NCBI GenBank assembly: GCA_017646005.1
Contig: JAGCNJ010000041.1
Span: 3,363-67,362 of the forward strand
DNA length: 64,000 bases
Direction: 5' to 3'
From: Clostridia bacterium
GTDB taxonomy: Bacteria > Bacillota > Clostridia > Oscillospirales > CAG-272
The notes under the pieces were generated by a model. That model was not told the origin of the DNA. It was given only the letters and a program-made list of their open reading frames with translations, and ran no database searches. Position numbers and translations under genes: made by a program. The stretch's first letter is position 1; each line of letters starts with the position of its first letter. Shown here in pieces: positions 44,872 through 53,988 of the stretch.

Positions 44872-47800
44872 ATGAAAAAAGTCTTTTCCCTACTCCTCGT
44901 GATATGTATGCTCGTGTCGGCTCTGCCCTACACAGGCGCGGCTATCACATACGACAAATTTGACACGGTCTTTACAGCATTCACTCCGCTCAACTTCGAG
45001 CACAGTGTAACCGCGAAGATCCAAAAGTCAACCGAAAAAAACGGCTCTGTTCCGTATTTTCATTACGTTGCCGAACCCGGCGAATACACCAACACCGATC
45101 TCATAATCAAGCTGAAGGCAAAGAATATCAAGCCCGATGAATATCCGATCATAAAGGTGGAATACAAAACCAACTCGCCCAGCAGCATACTTGACGTATC
45201 AATGACATCTCCCAAGGGTGAAAACTGGCTTTCAAAGCATCCTGCACTCAATTCGGACGATCAATGGAATTCTGTTACCTTCAACTACAATGACATCACC
45301 GCAGCAGGAACACAGTATATCCCTAACAAAGGCGAAAGCAACATAACCTTCTGCTTCAAGCCCTTCGGATCACAGAAGGTCACTCTTGATAAGCAGTACT
45401 ATTTCGACCTCCATTATGTCGGATTTTTCAAAACCGAAGAAGAAGCCGCAAGCTTCAAGGGCTTCAACATGAATACGGCAAGCTATAAATACCCCGTAGT
45501 CACTCCCGAAGCATTGTTCAACAACTTTGCAGGCGGAAATGAAGTCAATTCCATAAACTACTTCAAGGTCGACGACACAAGCTCTTTTGTAAGATTCACC
45601 GTTGAACCCGGCACATACGGTAACAATCTTCTGATATCATTTACGCACTCTGCATTCCCTATTGTAGAGCGTCCGTATATAAAGCTTGCGTACAAAACCG
45701 ACTCCAAGGCGTCAAAGCTCGACATTTCAATGACCAGTGACAAGGGTGAAAACTGGCCGGCAGGTTCAAAAAAGCCGTCACTTGTCGGCACAGGCGAGCT
45801 TACCGAGCTTATATTTACAATAAACGATTTCACCGCGGCAAACGGTGTTGAGGCACCCGATGAAAACAGCTACGTAAACATCAGACTCAAGCCCTGGGGC
45901 GCACAGTCGGTAACTATTACCGAGCACTCTTATTTCGACCTCTATTACGTTGCCTTCTTTGAAACCGAAGAAGAAGCACGTTCATTCTCGTATCCCGGCG
46001 ATGACAACTATACGCACGATTATTCACAGGAGCTCTCGGCTGTAGATTATTCTTTCGCTTCCAAGGCAACTGTACGTGACTATATTGACGACGCAGATGC
46101 GCGCATCAACGAGGTTATCCACACAACCAACACGGTCCCCTATATGCAGCATCTTACTCTCACCGGACTTACAGGTGCTTACGGCTCCTCTGACGAGAAG
46201 GACAACAAAACCTTCTATACCATGACGATTCCGAAGGGCAAGCATGAGGCGGGCGCACTTAAATTTGCATTCACCCAGAACGACGTTGCTCTCTCATCCT
46301 ACCCGTTCATCAAGCTTTCTTATAAGAGCGAGGTTTCTTCCACCGCACTTGCAACTCTCAAATCAAGCAACGGAAGCGCATCGCTTGAATTTCCCATTTC
46401 AACATCAACAAACACCTATACCCAGAAGCTCTTCGATCTTTCAGACTTCGCAAACTACCAGTCGATCCTTCAGGGAAGCAACGTAACCTTTGAGGTGTAT
46501 CCTCTCGGAAACAACGCCAAGACGCTTATCAGCTCAAGAAGCCTTACACTTGAATATATAGGTCTGTTCAAAACGAGATCTGCGGCAAGCAACTTCGTCT
46601 ATGCCGGTGAACACGGCGCGAATATGACCTCCAATACGATCATATATACAGCCAAGCTCCTTGATCCTGCAAGAATCCCTTCAGGCAGAAAGGTATTCGT
46701 TGCTCAGAACGGATCAAGCAGCAGCTCAAACGACGGTTCAAATATAAACAACCCGATAAGCTTTGCAAGATTCAGATCCATTAACAGTTCACTTCCCCAA
46801 GGAACTGTAGTATTCTTCAAGCGTGGCGACAGCTTCCGTTATGACGGTTTGGTCTACGCACACGGATACGTTACATATACCTCCTACGGTGTCGGTGACA
46901 AGCCTAAGTTCATAGCTTCCATCGATGGTACGGGCGCAAGCAAGTGGACAAAGACTGAGCACAAGGACGTTTGGGTGTTCAACCAGTCTCTTAAAACACT
47001 TAACAACGACGTCGGACACATCCGTATCAACGACGGCGAGCTCTGGGGAATCAAGGTTTCCGCAAAGAACTATACCGATAACCGCGTAAACAACGGTGCA
47101 GTATTCAACGGACGTACCCATATCGAGGGCATGAACGGCACCCTCGAAAACGGTAAGGGACTTGTTAATGACCTTGAATTCTGGCATGATTATGACAATG
47201 GCAAGCTTTATCTTAACTGCGCCGACGGAAACCCCGGCGAGGTGTTTGACAGCTTTGAGATCGCCAATAGGGGTAACGCGATCAGCGGTTATTCCAATAC
47301 GACTGTGGATAACATCTACATCACAGGATGCGGAAGCCACGGTATCGGTATGGGTACCGTAAATAACGTAACCTTATCAAATCTTCACCTTGAGTGGATC
47401 GGCGGCTCCATACAGACTCTCGCGCTCAACGCAACTCCGACGGAAGGCGGCACTCCTACACGCTTCGGTAATGCTCTTGAAGCATACGGCGGCGCTGTAA
47501 ACGTTACAATGAAAAACAGCTTCTGTGACCAGGTATACGACTGCTGCTACACCGTCCAGAATCAGGGCGCTGTAAACTTCGAAAACGTATTTATGTATGA
47601 CAACGTCGCACGCTACAGTAACTCCGGTCTTGAGGTATGGCAGTCGGGCGGTACTACCACCAATATGCTGCTCTATGACAACTATACCCTCTTCGGCGGC
47701 TACGGCTGGAGCCATCAAAGACCTAACAAGGACGGTAACTTCTTCTACGGCGGTCTCGGCATAAGAACCACCGTCTTCACACAGAACTCTGTTCACAACA

Positions 47801-49752
47801 ATGTAAACATTCTAGCTTCCGCTGTAGCACTTCAGGTGAGCGAAATCGCATCAACAAGATACAACTTCAACTCAAACGTCTATATCATGGGTGAAAACAA
47901 GATCTATTCAAGAGCTCCCGTTAATCCCGAAGGTTCCGGCGCAACATCATCACACACCTATAATTACACTTCCATTTCCGCATCGCAGAGCAAGGGAACA
48001 GACCTCAACTCAAAATTCCTCTTTATCCCCACGGATCAGTTCAATATCGGCGATGATCCCTACGAGATATTCAAAGCAGGCAATAACCCGATATACGATA
48101 TCGAACCGAACGTTGACGAGATCGTTCTCGGTGTCGGAGATAAGTTCAACATATCATCCAAGGTTTATCCCGAAAGCGCAGAAAACAAGGAATTATATTA
48201 TTCAAGCGATCATCCCCTTGTCGCATCTGTAAACCAGGAAGGACAGATCACTGCTAACTGCAGCGGTTCTACCACAATCAAGCTTATATCCGTTGAATCG
48301 GGCGTTACCGCCAAAATAAAGGTTTCGGTAATCAACGTTGCTGACCGTCCGAGCATTTGGTCAAAGGATACGGCAGGCAAGGACTCTTATACGGCAAACG
48401 TCCTCTTTGTAGGCGACGATTTCTTTAGCGGTGAGCATAATCTTCCCTCTCTGTTCAATGAAAGCTTTTACGTTAACACTGAAACTATTGCGCAAAACGG
48501 TATGAGCTTCACATCCAATACTTATTCGGTAGCAGATGCGTTGGCAGATACCAAATCCAATTCCGCAGTGACCTTCATTTCAGCAGGATATAACGACTAT
48601 CTTGCAGGTGCTTCGCTTGCAGAATTTGAAGCGAGCTTAAAGGAAACATTCTCCAAGGCTCGCTCAACTCAATCCAAATCTACAATAGTTTACGTAACAC
48701 CTCTTAATCTTACCAAGGCTAAAAACTCACAGGGGCTTACCATCGGAGATTACGTAGAAAGCGCCAAAAGGATAGCTGCTACACAGCTTATCCGTGTTGC
48801 AGACATCTACACCAACCCCAAAAAGCCGTTTACCACCTTTGACAATAACGGGGACCCTGCATACATTTATTCAACTCTTATAAGCACGGACCTTTCATTT
48901 ACCGAAAAGGGTGTAGACAGATACCTTACCAACATAATCGCAGAAATAAGAGAAAACGCGCTTATATACGTTTACGGTATAGTTGAATACGCTCATACCT
49001 TTACAGCTGATATGCTTATAGGTGACGTTATTCATACAACCCATTTCCTTGCACCTGAGCCGGTTGCCGAAGCCGGAAACTCATACATCAGAATGAAGCC
49101 GGCGTACGTATTAACGGGTGCAGACGGCACGTCGTTTGATATCAAGTTTGTTAATTCAAGCCTGCCGATCAAGGAATATCCGATAATCAGAATCGATTAC
49201 CGTTCAAATATTTCAAGTGCAAATGCGAAGCTCGACCTTAATATGGGTGTCATATACAGTTCAGGCAACGCAAGGCTTTGGGGTCCCAATCATAGCTACA
49301 ATAAAAACGGTGAGCTTTCAACGCTCATCATTGACGCAACAAAGGCATTCACGGGCGGTGACAACATAAGCTCTCTTGCACAGGCAAATGACGATTCTCC
49401 CGTAACCTACTTAAGATTCAAGCCTTATGCAGGCGGTCAGACAAATACCGACGGCGATTACTTCGACATCATGTCCATTTCATTCTTCAAAACGGTTGAG
49501 GATGCCGAAAAGGGCGTTGCAGACGAGGAAGAGGAAATCCTCGTTCTCCGCGGCGATATCGACGGAAACGGCGTTATAGAAACTACAGACAGTGTCGCTC
49601 TTTCAAGATACTTTGCCAAGTGGACAGGCTACACAGATATCGATGAAGCAACTGCCGATATCGACGGAAACGGTCTTGTTGAAACAACAGACAGCGTTTC
49701 GTTCTCAAGATACTTCGCAAAGTGGACAGGTTACACAGACCTGTTCGACTGA
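44872..49752 (+). CDS. 1626-aa secreted beta-helix paralog with three N-modules, Big_2, degenerate SGNH-like domain, one C module and a C-terminal dockerin (no SLH)
   Basis: Signal peptide MKKVFSLLLVICMLVSALPYTGAA. Three modules end YFDLHYVGFFKTEEEAASF, YFDLYYVAFFETEEEARSF and LTLEYIGLFKTRSAASNF. Beta-helix motifs CGSHGIGMG, YDCCYTVQNQG and FGGYGWSHQRPNK. Dockerin repeats GDIDGNGVIETTDSVALSRYFAKW and ADIDGNGLVETTDSVSFSRYFAKW. Confidence 0.88.
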   Translation: MKKVFSLLLVICMLVSALPYTGAAITYDKFDTVFTAFTPLNFEHSVTAKIQKSTEKNGSVPYFHYVAEPGEYTNTDLIIKLKAKNIKPDEYPIIKVEYKTNSPSSILDVSMTSPKGENWLSKHPALNSDDQWNSVTFNYNDITAAGTQYIPNKGESNITFCFKPFGSQKVTLDKQYYFDLHYVGFFKTEEEAASFKGFNMNTASYKYPVVTPEALFNNFAGGNEVNSINYFKVDDTSSFVRFTVEPGTYGNNLLISFTHSAFPIVERPYIKLAYKTDSKASKLDISMTSDKGENWPAGSKKPSLVGTGELTELIFTINDFTAANGVEAPDENSYVNIRLKPWGAQSVTITEHSYFDLYYVAFFETEEEARSFSYPGDDNYTHDYSQELSAVDYSFASKATVRDYIDDADARINEVIHTTNTVPYMQHLTLTGLTGAYGSSDEKDNKTFYTMTIPKGKHEAGALKFAFTQNDVALSSYPFIKLSYKSEVSSTALATLKSSNGSASLEFPISTSTNTYTQKLFDLSDFANYQSILQGSNVTFEVYPLGNNAKTLISSRSLTLEYIGLFKTRSAASNFVYAGEHGANMTSNTIIYTAKLLDPARIPSGRKVFVAQNGSSSSSNDGSNINNPISFARFRSINSSLPQGTVVFFKRGDSFRYDGLVYAHGYVTYTSYGVGDKPKFIASIDGTGASKWTKTEHKDVWVFNQSLKTLNNDVGHIRINDGELWGIKVSAKNYTDNRVNNGAVFNGRTHIEGMNGTLENGKGLVNDLEFWHDYDNGKLYLNCADGNPGEVFDSFEIANRGNAISGYSNTTVDNIYITGCGSHGIGMGTVNNVTLSNLHLEWIGGSIQTLALNATPTEGGTPTRFGNALEAYGGAVNVTMKNSFCDQVYDCCYTVQNQGAVNFENVFMYDNVARYSNSGLEVWQSGGTTTNMLLYDNYTLFGGYGWSHQRPNKDGNFFYGGLGIRTTVFTQNSVHNNVNILASAVALQVSEIASTRYNFNSNVYIMGENKIYSRAPVNPEGSGATSSHTYNYTSISASQSKGTDLNSKFLFIPTDQFNIGDDPYEIFKAGNNPIYDIEPNVDEIVLGVGDKFNISSKVYPESAENKELYYSSDHPLVASVNQEGQITANCSGSTTIKLISVESGVTAKIKVSVINVADRPSIWSKDTAGKDSYTANVLFVGDDFFSGEHNLPSLFNESFYVNTETIAQNGMSFTSNTYSVADALADTKSNSAVTFISAGYNDYLAGASLAEFEASLKETFSKARSTQSKSTIVYVTPLNLTKAKNSQGLTIGDYVESAKRIAATQLIRVADIYTNPKKPFTTFDNNGDPAYIYSTLISTDLSFTEKGVDRYLTNIIAEIRENALIYVYGIVEYAHTFTADMLIGDVIHTTHFLAPEPVAEAGNSYIRMKPAYVLTGADGTSFDIKFVNSSLPIKEYPIIRIDYRSNISSANAKLDLNMGVIYSSGNARLWGPNHSYNKNGELSTLIIDATKAFTGGDNISSLAQANDDSPVTYLRFKPYAGGQTNTDGDYFDIMSISFFKTVEDAEKGVADEEEEILVLRGDIDGNGVIETTDSVALSRYFAKWTGYTDIDEATADIDGNGLVETTDSVSFSRYFAKWTGYTDLFD
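44944..46600 (+). repeat. three tandem N-type family modules at the N-terminus of the dockerin paralog
   Basis: Three successive units each contain [YE]P[IYF]IK[VL].YK[TS], GENW (units 1 and 2), KP[FW]G and Y[FL].L.Y[VI]G[FL]F[KE]T...A..F. Confidence 0.75.
48395..48960 (+). other. SGNH-like domain with substituted catalytic Ser and His
   Basis: Block I VLFVGDDFFSG (GDS replaced by GDD; codon 48418-48420 is GAT), block III ISAGYNDY, block V-equivalent STDLSFTEKG (Asp-x-x-Phe; codon 48898-48900 is TTT). Confidence 0.5.
49543..49749 (+). other. dockerin (two Ca-binding repeat segments)
   Basis: GDIDGNGVIETTDSVALSRYFAKWTGY and ADIDGNGLVETTDSVSFSRYFAKWTGY form a D-x-D-x-N-G EF-hand-like duplicated segment at the extreme C-terminus. 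Confidence 0.8.
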
Positions 49753-49782
49753 TAAAGATTTTTATTCTATGTTCCTGATGCA

Positions 49783-49826
49783 TTTTGGGACAGATTTGAA
49801 ATCCGGTTTTCAAATCCGTCCCAAAA
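49783..49826 (+). other. long intercistronic hairpin between the two dockerin genes
   Basis: TTTTGGGACAGATTTGAAA-TCCGG-TTTCAAATCCGTCCCAAAA forms a 19-bp stem with one A/C mismatch. No T-run follows on the plus strand, and I see no promoter in the 103-nt gap. Confidence 0.5.
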
Positions 49827-49855
49827 GCAAAAATATAAATTAATGGAGGAAAACT

Positions 49856-52800
49856 ATGAAAGCACAGACACTTCGCAAAACCCTTGCTATCGTTCTCTCG
49901 GTGCTTATGCTCGTTAGCGTAATGCCCCTTTCAATGATGGCAGCAACAACCGAAGACTGGCAGATCGACGGTGATTACGTCATTCTTTCCGGTCAGGCAC
50001 TTATCGATGCCACCACAGCAAATAGTGGTGTATCATCGGTCAATCTTATTTCCGAACCGGGTAAAACCTATGCGAAATATAACCTTACCGTAGGAAGCAC
50101 AAACTCTATGGTATCCGTTTCGCAGGAAAAATCCGGCATCAACCTTGCTGAATACGATTACTACGTATTCAAGTACTTCCAGTCTCAGAATCAAGGCAAT
50201 CTTGATACAACCTTCTCGGCATCCTGGGATGCTTCTGCTTATGAGCAGAGCGATCTTTGGGGCTACACCTTCTACGAGCAGTGGTCAAAGCTCGGTCATC
50301 CGGCGGCATCCAAAGGTCAGTGGAAGACAAAGACTATGACAAGAACCGAGTTCTACGGCTGCGCAGGCAAAAACGGAACACCCGATCCCGTAGACCATTT
50401 TGCTCCCGTTCCCGCACTCACAAAACAGCTTTTCAGATTCAAGCCCGCTAAGCAGAATGCAGCTACAGACGGCTCTTACTTCGGTCTTGAATACTTCGCT
50501 TGCTTCAAGACAAAGGATCAGGCTGATGCATTCATCGAAATGCAGGAAGCCGGCCTTATCCCCGTTACCTCCTTTGACGTTGAAACCGGCAGCGCAACAG
50601 ATAAAGTAACAACATCTGTAGGAAACATTATTCCCGTAACCGTGACAGTTGCCCCCGCTTATGCGGCAAGCGCAGTTAAGGTTGCTGTTACAGGCGACAG
50701 CATTACTTACGCAAACAATAAGTTAACAGCAATTAAGAACGGTACTTCAACCGTTACCATCACTGCTAACGACGGAATTGACGGCGCTGAAAAGTTCAGC
50801 GAATCGTTCACTGTTGAGGTAGTAGCTCCTCAGTCTGTTACCATCACAGGCGCTGAGCTTGCAGACAAGGTTAAAACTGCAGCTCTTGTAATGTCTCACG
50901 AGGTCGTCAACGATGCAAAGTACGGCAGAAGAATGCTCAAGAGCACAGCTACTGCTGCCGTTGCAGGCGGTGATAACTCCTATATCCAGTACGACCTTTC
51001 TTCGTTCGGAGTTCTTGCAAAGACCTTCCCCTATATGCAGATCGGTTATGCTGCAAAGACAACAAGTGCAAGCTTTACAGATATAAACGTTGCTATTGAC
51101 GGCTATCAGGTTCTTGGCACTCAGGCGCCTGTCATCAACAGACTCTGGGGACCTAAGCCCACAACAGTTCAGGAAACCTTCAGTAAGTGGAACATTCCTT
51201 ACACCCAATATGCGACCGGCGAAAAGAACTATAATATGACTGAGGATCCCTGGGTACACTACGGACACGACTGGAACTGGATCTCGGATACCGGTACATA
51301 TGAGTATCTCAGAATCAAGCCCTGGCCAGCAAACACAAACGCAAGTGCTGTAGGCGATTACATTGCTATTGAATACATCGCATTCTTCTCAAGTGAAGAA
51401 GCTATGAACAACTACGTTTTTGCTGTAGAGCTTGACAGCATGGAGGTTCCCGAAGCTCTCACAGTTCCGAAGAACTCCACCAGAAAGCTTGAAGTAGCAG
51501 TTGAGCCCGAGGGCGCATACGTTAAGCTTGAGTACACAGTAGAAGATCCTTCGATCGTATCCGTTTCCGAAACAGGTAACGTTCTCGGTCTTAAGGAAGG
51601 ATCGACAAAGGTAACCGTAAAGACCCCCGACGGCAAGTTCAGCGGTGTTTGCACGGTTACAGTTACAGCTCCGCAGGAATCCTCTTGCATCGTAATCGGT
51701 GCACAGGATCTCATTAGCGGTATTTCCTACGAGGGCGGTCTCACAGGATCGACTTCACTTGTTGACGATGACACACTTGCTATGCGTCTTGTAAAGTCAG
51801 AGATCCTTGCAAGCTGCACAGGCGGAGACTCTATTGCTATCCAGTACGGTGTAAAGGATGCAAACGTTCTTGCTAAGCAGTATCCGATAGTTCAGGTAGC
51901 ATACAAGGCTCATATCAATAATAAGTCAAGCATAGACCTTAACTTCGGTATTGATAAGTATTACGCTAACGGAGACAAGAACAATATCAAGGCCGTTCGT
52001 CTTTGGGGTATCAGACCTTCATACGTAAACGACCAGTTCACAACACTTTACTGGGATTCATCAAAGGCAACAGGCGGTGACCCCGTTGGCTCGAACTATT
52101 CCTGGAACAACGTTACAGACGACGGTATTTACTCCTACTTAAGACTTAAGCTCTGGGGTGGACAGGGCGGTACCAATCCCACAAAGGGTGACACATTTGA
52201 GGTACAGTACATCGCTTTCTTCCCGGACGTTGCAACTATGGAATCCTTCGTATATGAAACAGACCTCGCCGGAATAGAGGTTCCAAGCGGATTTGATATC
52301 CAACAGGGTACAACAGCCAAGCTTCCCGTTAACCTTGTTCCTTCCACGGCTTATGCAAAGCTCGTTTACGAAAGCCAGAACGAATACGTTGCACGCGTAA
52401 CCGCAGACGGCAAGATAATCGCTCTCAATCCCGGTCAGGTTGCAGTTGACGTCAAGACACACGATGGTAAGTTCTCCGGCACGTGCATCGTAAACGTAAC
52501 CTATCCCGAAAAGGATTACAGCCAGTATATCTTCGATCGAGACAATCTTGAAAACCTCGTTTACAAGGTTAACGTAGAAAAGAAGCTCAACGTTGTATAC
52601 CTCGGCGGCTCTGTTACCGCAGGTGCAGGCGCAAGTGCTGCCGACTCCACATCCTGGAGAGGTCTTACCGGCTTGTGGCTCAAGAATATGTTCCCCGACG
52701 TAGAAGTTAACCTTCACAACTCCGCAATGGGCGGCTCGGGCTCGATGCTCGGTGCGTTCAGAACAGACGTTGACGTTCTTGCACACGATCCTGACCTTGT

Positions 52801-53881
52801 ATTCGTTGAATTCGCAGTTAACGACTCCTACAGCAAACATTATGCAGACGGCACAGTTCAGTTCTACTATGAATCGATCCTCCGTCAGATCAGAGAAAAA
52901 TCTCCCGATACAGAGATCATTTCGATCTTCGTAACAGACCAGGGACTCTTACATCAGACAGATATGAGCCCGATCGCAAAGCTTCATAATGAGGTTGCTG
53001 CTCACTACGGTGTAACCGGTATCGACGTTGGACGTGCTATGAACAATCATATCACTTCCACAGGCGGAACATGGGGCGAATACGTATCCGACTCTGTTCA
53101 CCCCGGTGACAAGGGCTATGCGATCTACGGCGACGCTATCAAGCAGTATCTCTTCGCTAAGCTCTTCGGTGCTGATGAAGTACCCGAAAAGCCTATCGAG
53201 CATACAGTTCCCGAAACTTACATCGACGAAAGAAATATTGATTTCGTTCCCACATACGTTAAGGTTACAGAAAACACCTTCACAGATGTAAAGGGCTGGA
53301 CATACAGCGCAAACAAGGTTTACAACAACCTTGATACAGCCGGCTACGTTTACCCCTCTGCTAATGATAACAGCATCACCTACAAGTTCAAGGGTACCGG
53401 TATCGCGTTCTTTATGGAATTTAACGGCGGCGGATACTACGTTAACTGGTCACTTGACGGCGGCTCTACTCAGTCGTTTAAGGTAACAGATACAAACCAC
53501 GCATTTAACTATATGTACAAAACAGGTGTACTTGAGGATACATGGCACACTCTCACCTTCTCTTATAAGGGTGCAAGCAATACGGGCGGAACAAACCCGA
53601 ACGTAAAGCTTACAAGACTTCTTGTTTCTCAAGTAGCTTCCGAAGAACCCGAAGTTCTCCTCGGTGACGTAGACGGAAACGGCACTGTTGAGCCTACAGA
53701 CGCAGTTGCACTTGCACGCTACAATGCTAAGTGGTCAGGCTATAGCGAAGACGACATCAACCTTGCAAACTCCGACGTAGACGGCGTAGGCGGTGTTGAC
53801 GCCACAGACGGCGTTATCCTCTCCCGTTACTTTGCAAAGTGGGCAGGATACGAAACTCTCCCCTACGTTCCCGCTGAATAA
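49856..53881 (+). CDS. 1341-aa secreted dockerin protein: three family modules alternating with three Big_2 domains, then an SGNH/GDSL hydrolase, a beta-sandwich-like domain and a dockerin
   Basis: RBS GGAGG. Signal peptide MKAQTLRKTLAIVLSVLMLVSVMPLSMMAA. Module ends YFGLEYFACFKTKDQADAF, YIAIEYIAFFSSEEAMNNY and FEVQYIAFFPDVATMESF. Big_2-like domains at ~50559-50825, 51427-51675 and 52274-52507. SGNH blocks VVYLGGSVTAG, NSAMGGSGS, EFAVNDS and DSVHPGDKGY. Dockerin GDVDGNGTVEPTDAVALARYNAKW and SDVDGVGGVDATDGVILSRYFAKW. Confidence 0.88.
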   Translation: MKAQTLRKTLAIVLSVLMLVSVMPLSMMAATTEDWQIDGDYVILSGQALIDATTANSGVSSVNLISEPGKTYAKYNLTVGSTNSMVSVSQEKSGINLAEYDYYVFKYFQSQNQGNLDTTFSASWDASAYEQSDLWGYTFYEQWSKLGHPAASKGQWKTKTMTRTEFYGCAGKNGTPDPVDHFAPVPALTKQLFRFKPAKQNAATDGSYFGLEYFACFKTKDQADAFIEMQEAGLIPVTSFDVETGSATDKVTTSVGNIIPVTVTVAPAYAASAVKVAVTGDSITYANNKLTAIKNGTSTVTITANDGIDGAEKFSESFTVEVVAPQSVTITGAELADKVKTAALVMSHEVVNDAKYGRRMLKSTATAAVAGGDNSYIQYDLSSFGVLAKTFPYMQIGYAAKTTSASFTDINVAIDGYQVLGTQAPVINRLWGPKPTTVQETFSKWNIPYTQYATGEKNYNMTEDPWVHYGHDWNWISDTGTYEYLRIKPWPANTNASAVGDYIAIEYIAFFSSEEAMNNYVFAVELDSMEVPEALTVPKNSTRKLEVAVEPEGAYVKLEYTVEDPSIVSVSETGNVLGLKEGSTKVTVKTPDGKFSGVCTVTVTAPQESSCIVIGAQDLISGISYEGGLTGSTSLVDDDTLAMRLVKSEILASCTGGDSIAIQYGVKDANVLAKQYPIVQVAYKAHINNKSSIDLNFGIDKYYANGDKNNIKAVRLWGIRPSYVNDQFTTLYWDSSKATGGDPVGSNYSWNNVTDDGIYSYLRLKLWGGQGGTNPTKGDTFEVQYIAFFPDVATMESFVYETDLAGIEVPSGFDIQQGTTAKLPVNLVPSTAYAKLVYESQNEYVARVTADGKIIALNPGQVAVDVKTHDGKFSGTCIVNVTYPEKDYSQYIFDRDNLENLVYKVNVEKKLNVVYLGGSVTAGAGASAADSTSWRGLTGLWLKNMFPDVEVNLHNSAMGGSGSMLGAFRTDVDVLAHDPDLVFVEFAVNDSYSKHYADGTVQFYYESILRQIREKSPDTEIISIFVTDQGLLHQTDMSPIAKLHNEVAAHYGVTGIDVGRAMNNHITSTGGTWGEYVSDSVHPGDKGYAIYGDAIKQYLFAKLFGADEVPEKPIEHTVPETYIDERNIDFVPTYVKVTENTFTDVKGWTYSANKVYNNLDTAGYVYPSANDNSITYKFKGTGIAFFMEFNGGGYYVNWSLDGGSTQSFKVTDTNHAFNYMYKTGVLEDTWHTLTFSYKGASNTGGTNPNVKLTRLLVSQVASEEPEVLLGDVDGNGTVEPTDAVALARYNAKWSGYSEDDINLANSDVDGVGGVDATDGVILSRYFAKWAGYETLPYVPAE
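52585..53175 (+). other. SGNH/GDSL hydrolase domain, catalytic residues present
   Basis: Block I VVYLGGSVTAG (Ser), block II MGGSGS, block III FAVNDS and block V SDSVHPGDKGY (Asp-x-x-His). Confidence 0.7.
53657..53878 (+). other. dockerin (two Ca-binding repeat segments)
   Basis: GDVDGNGTVEPTDAVALARYNAKWSGY and SDVDGVGGVDATDGVILSRYFAKWAGY at the extreme C-terminus. Confidence 0.8.
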
Positions 53882-53923
53882 TAGCAGGTAACATCGCTAT
53901 ACTGATGCTGATACAAGCATAAG

Positions 53924-53963
53924 AAAATCCCCGAAAGAGTAAAATCTTTCGGGGATTTTGTTG
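53924..53963. terminator. bidirectional terminator between the dockerin gene and spoIIIAH
   Basis: AAAATCCCCGAAAGA-GTAAAA-TCTTTCGGGGATTTT perfect 15-bp stem. Confidence 0.85.
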
Positions 53964-53988
53964 TTCTGGGATATTAGTAGCTCATGCC

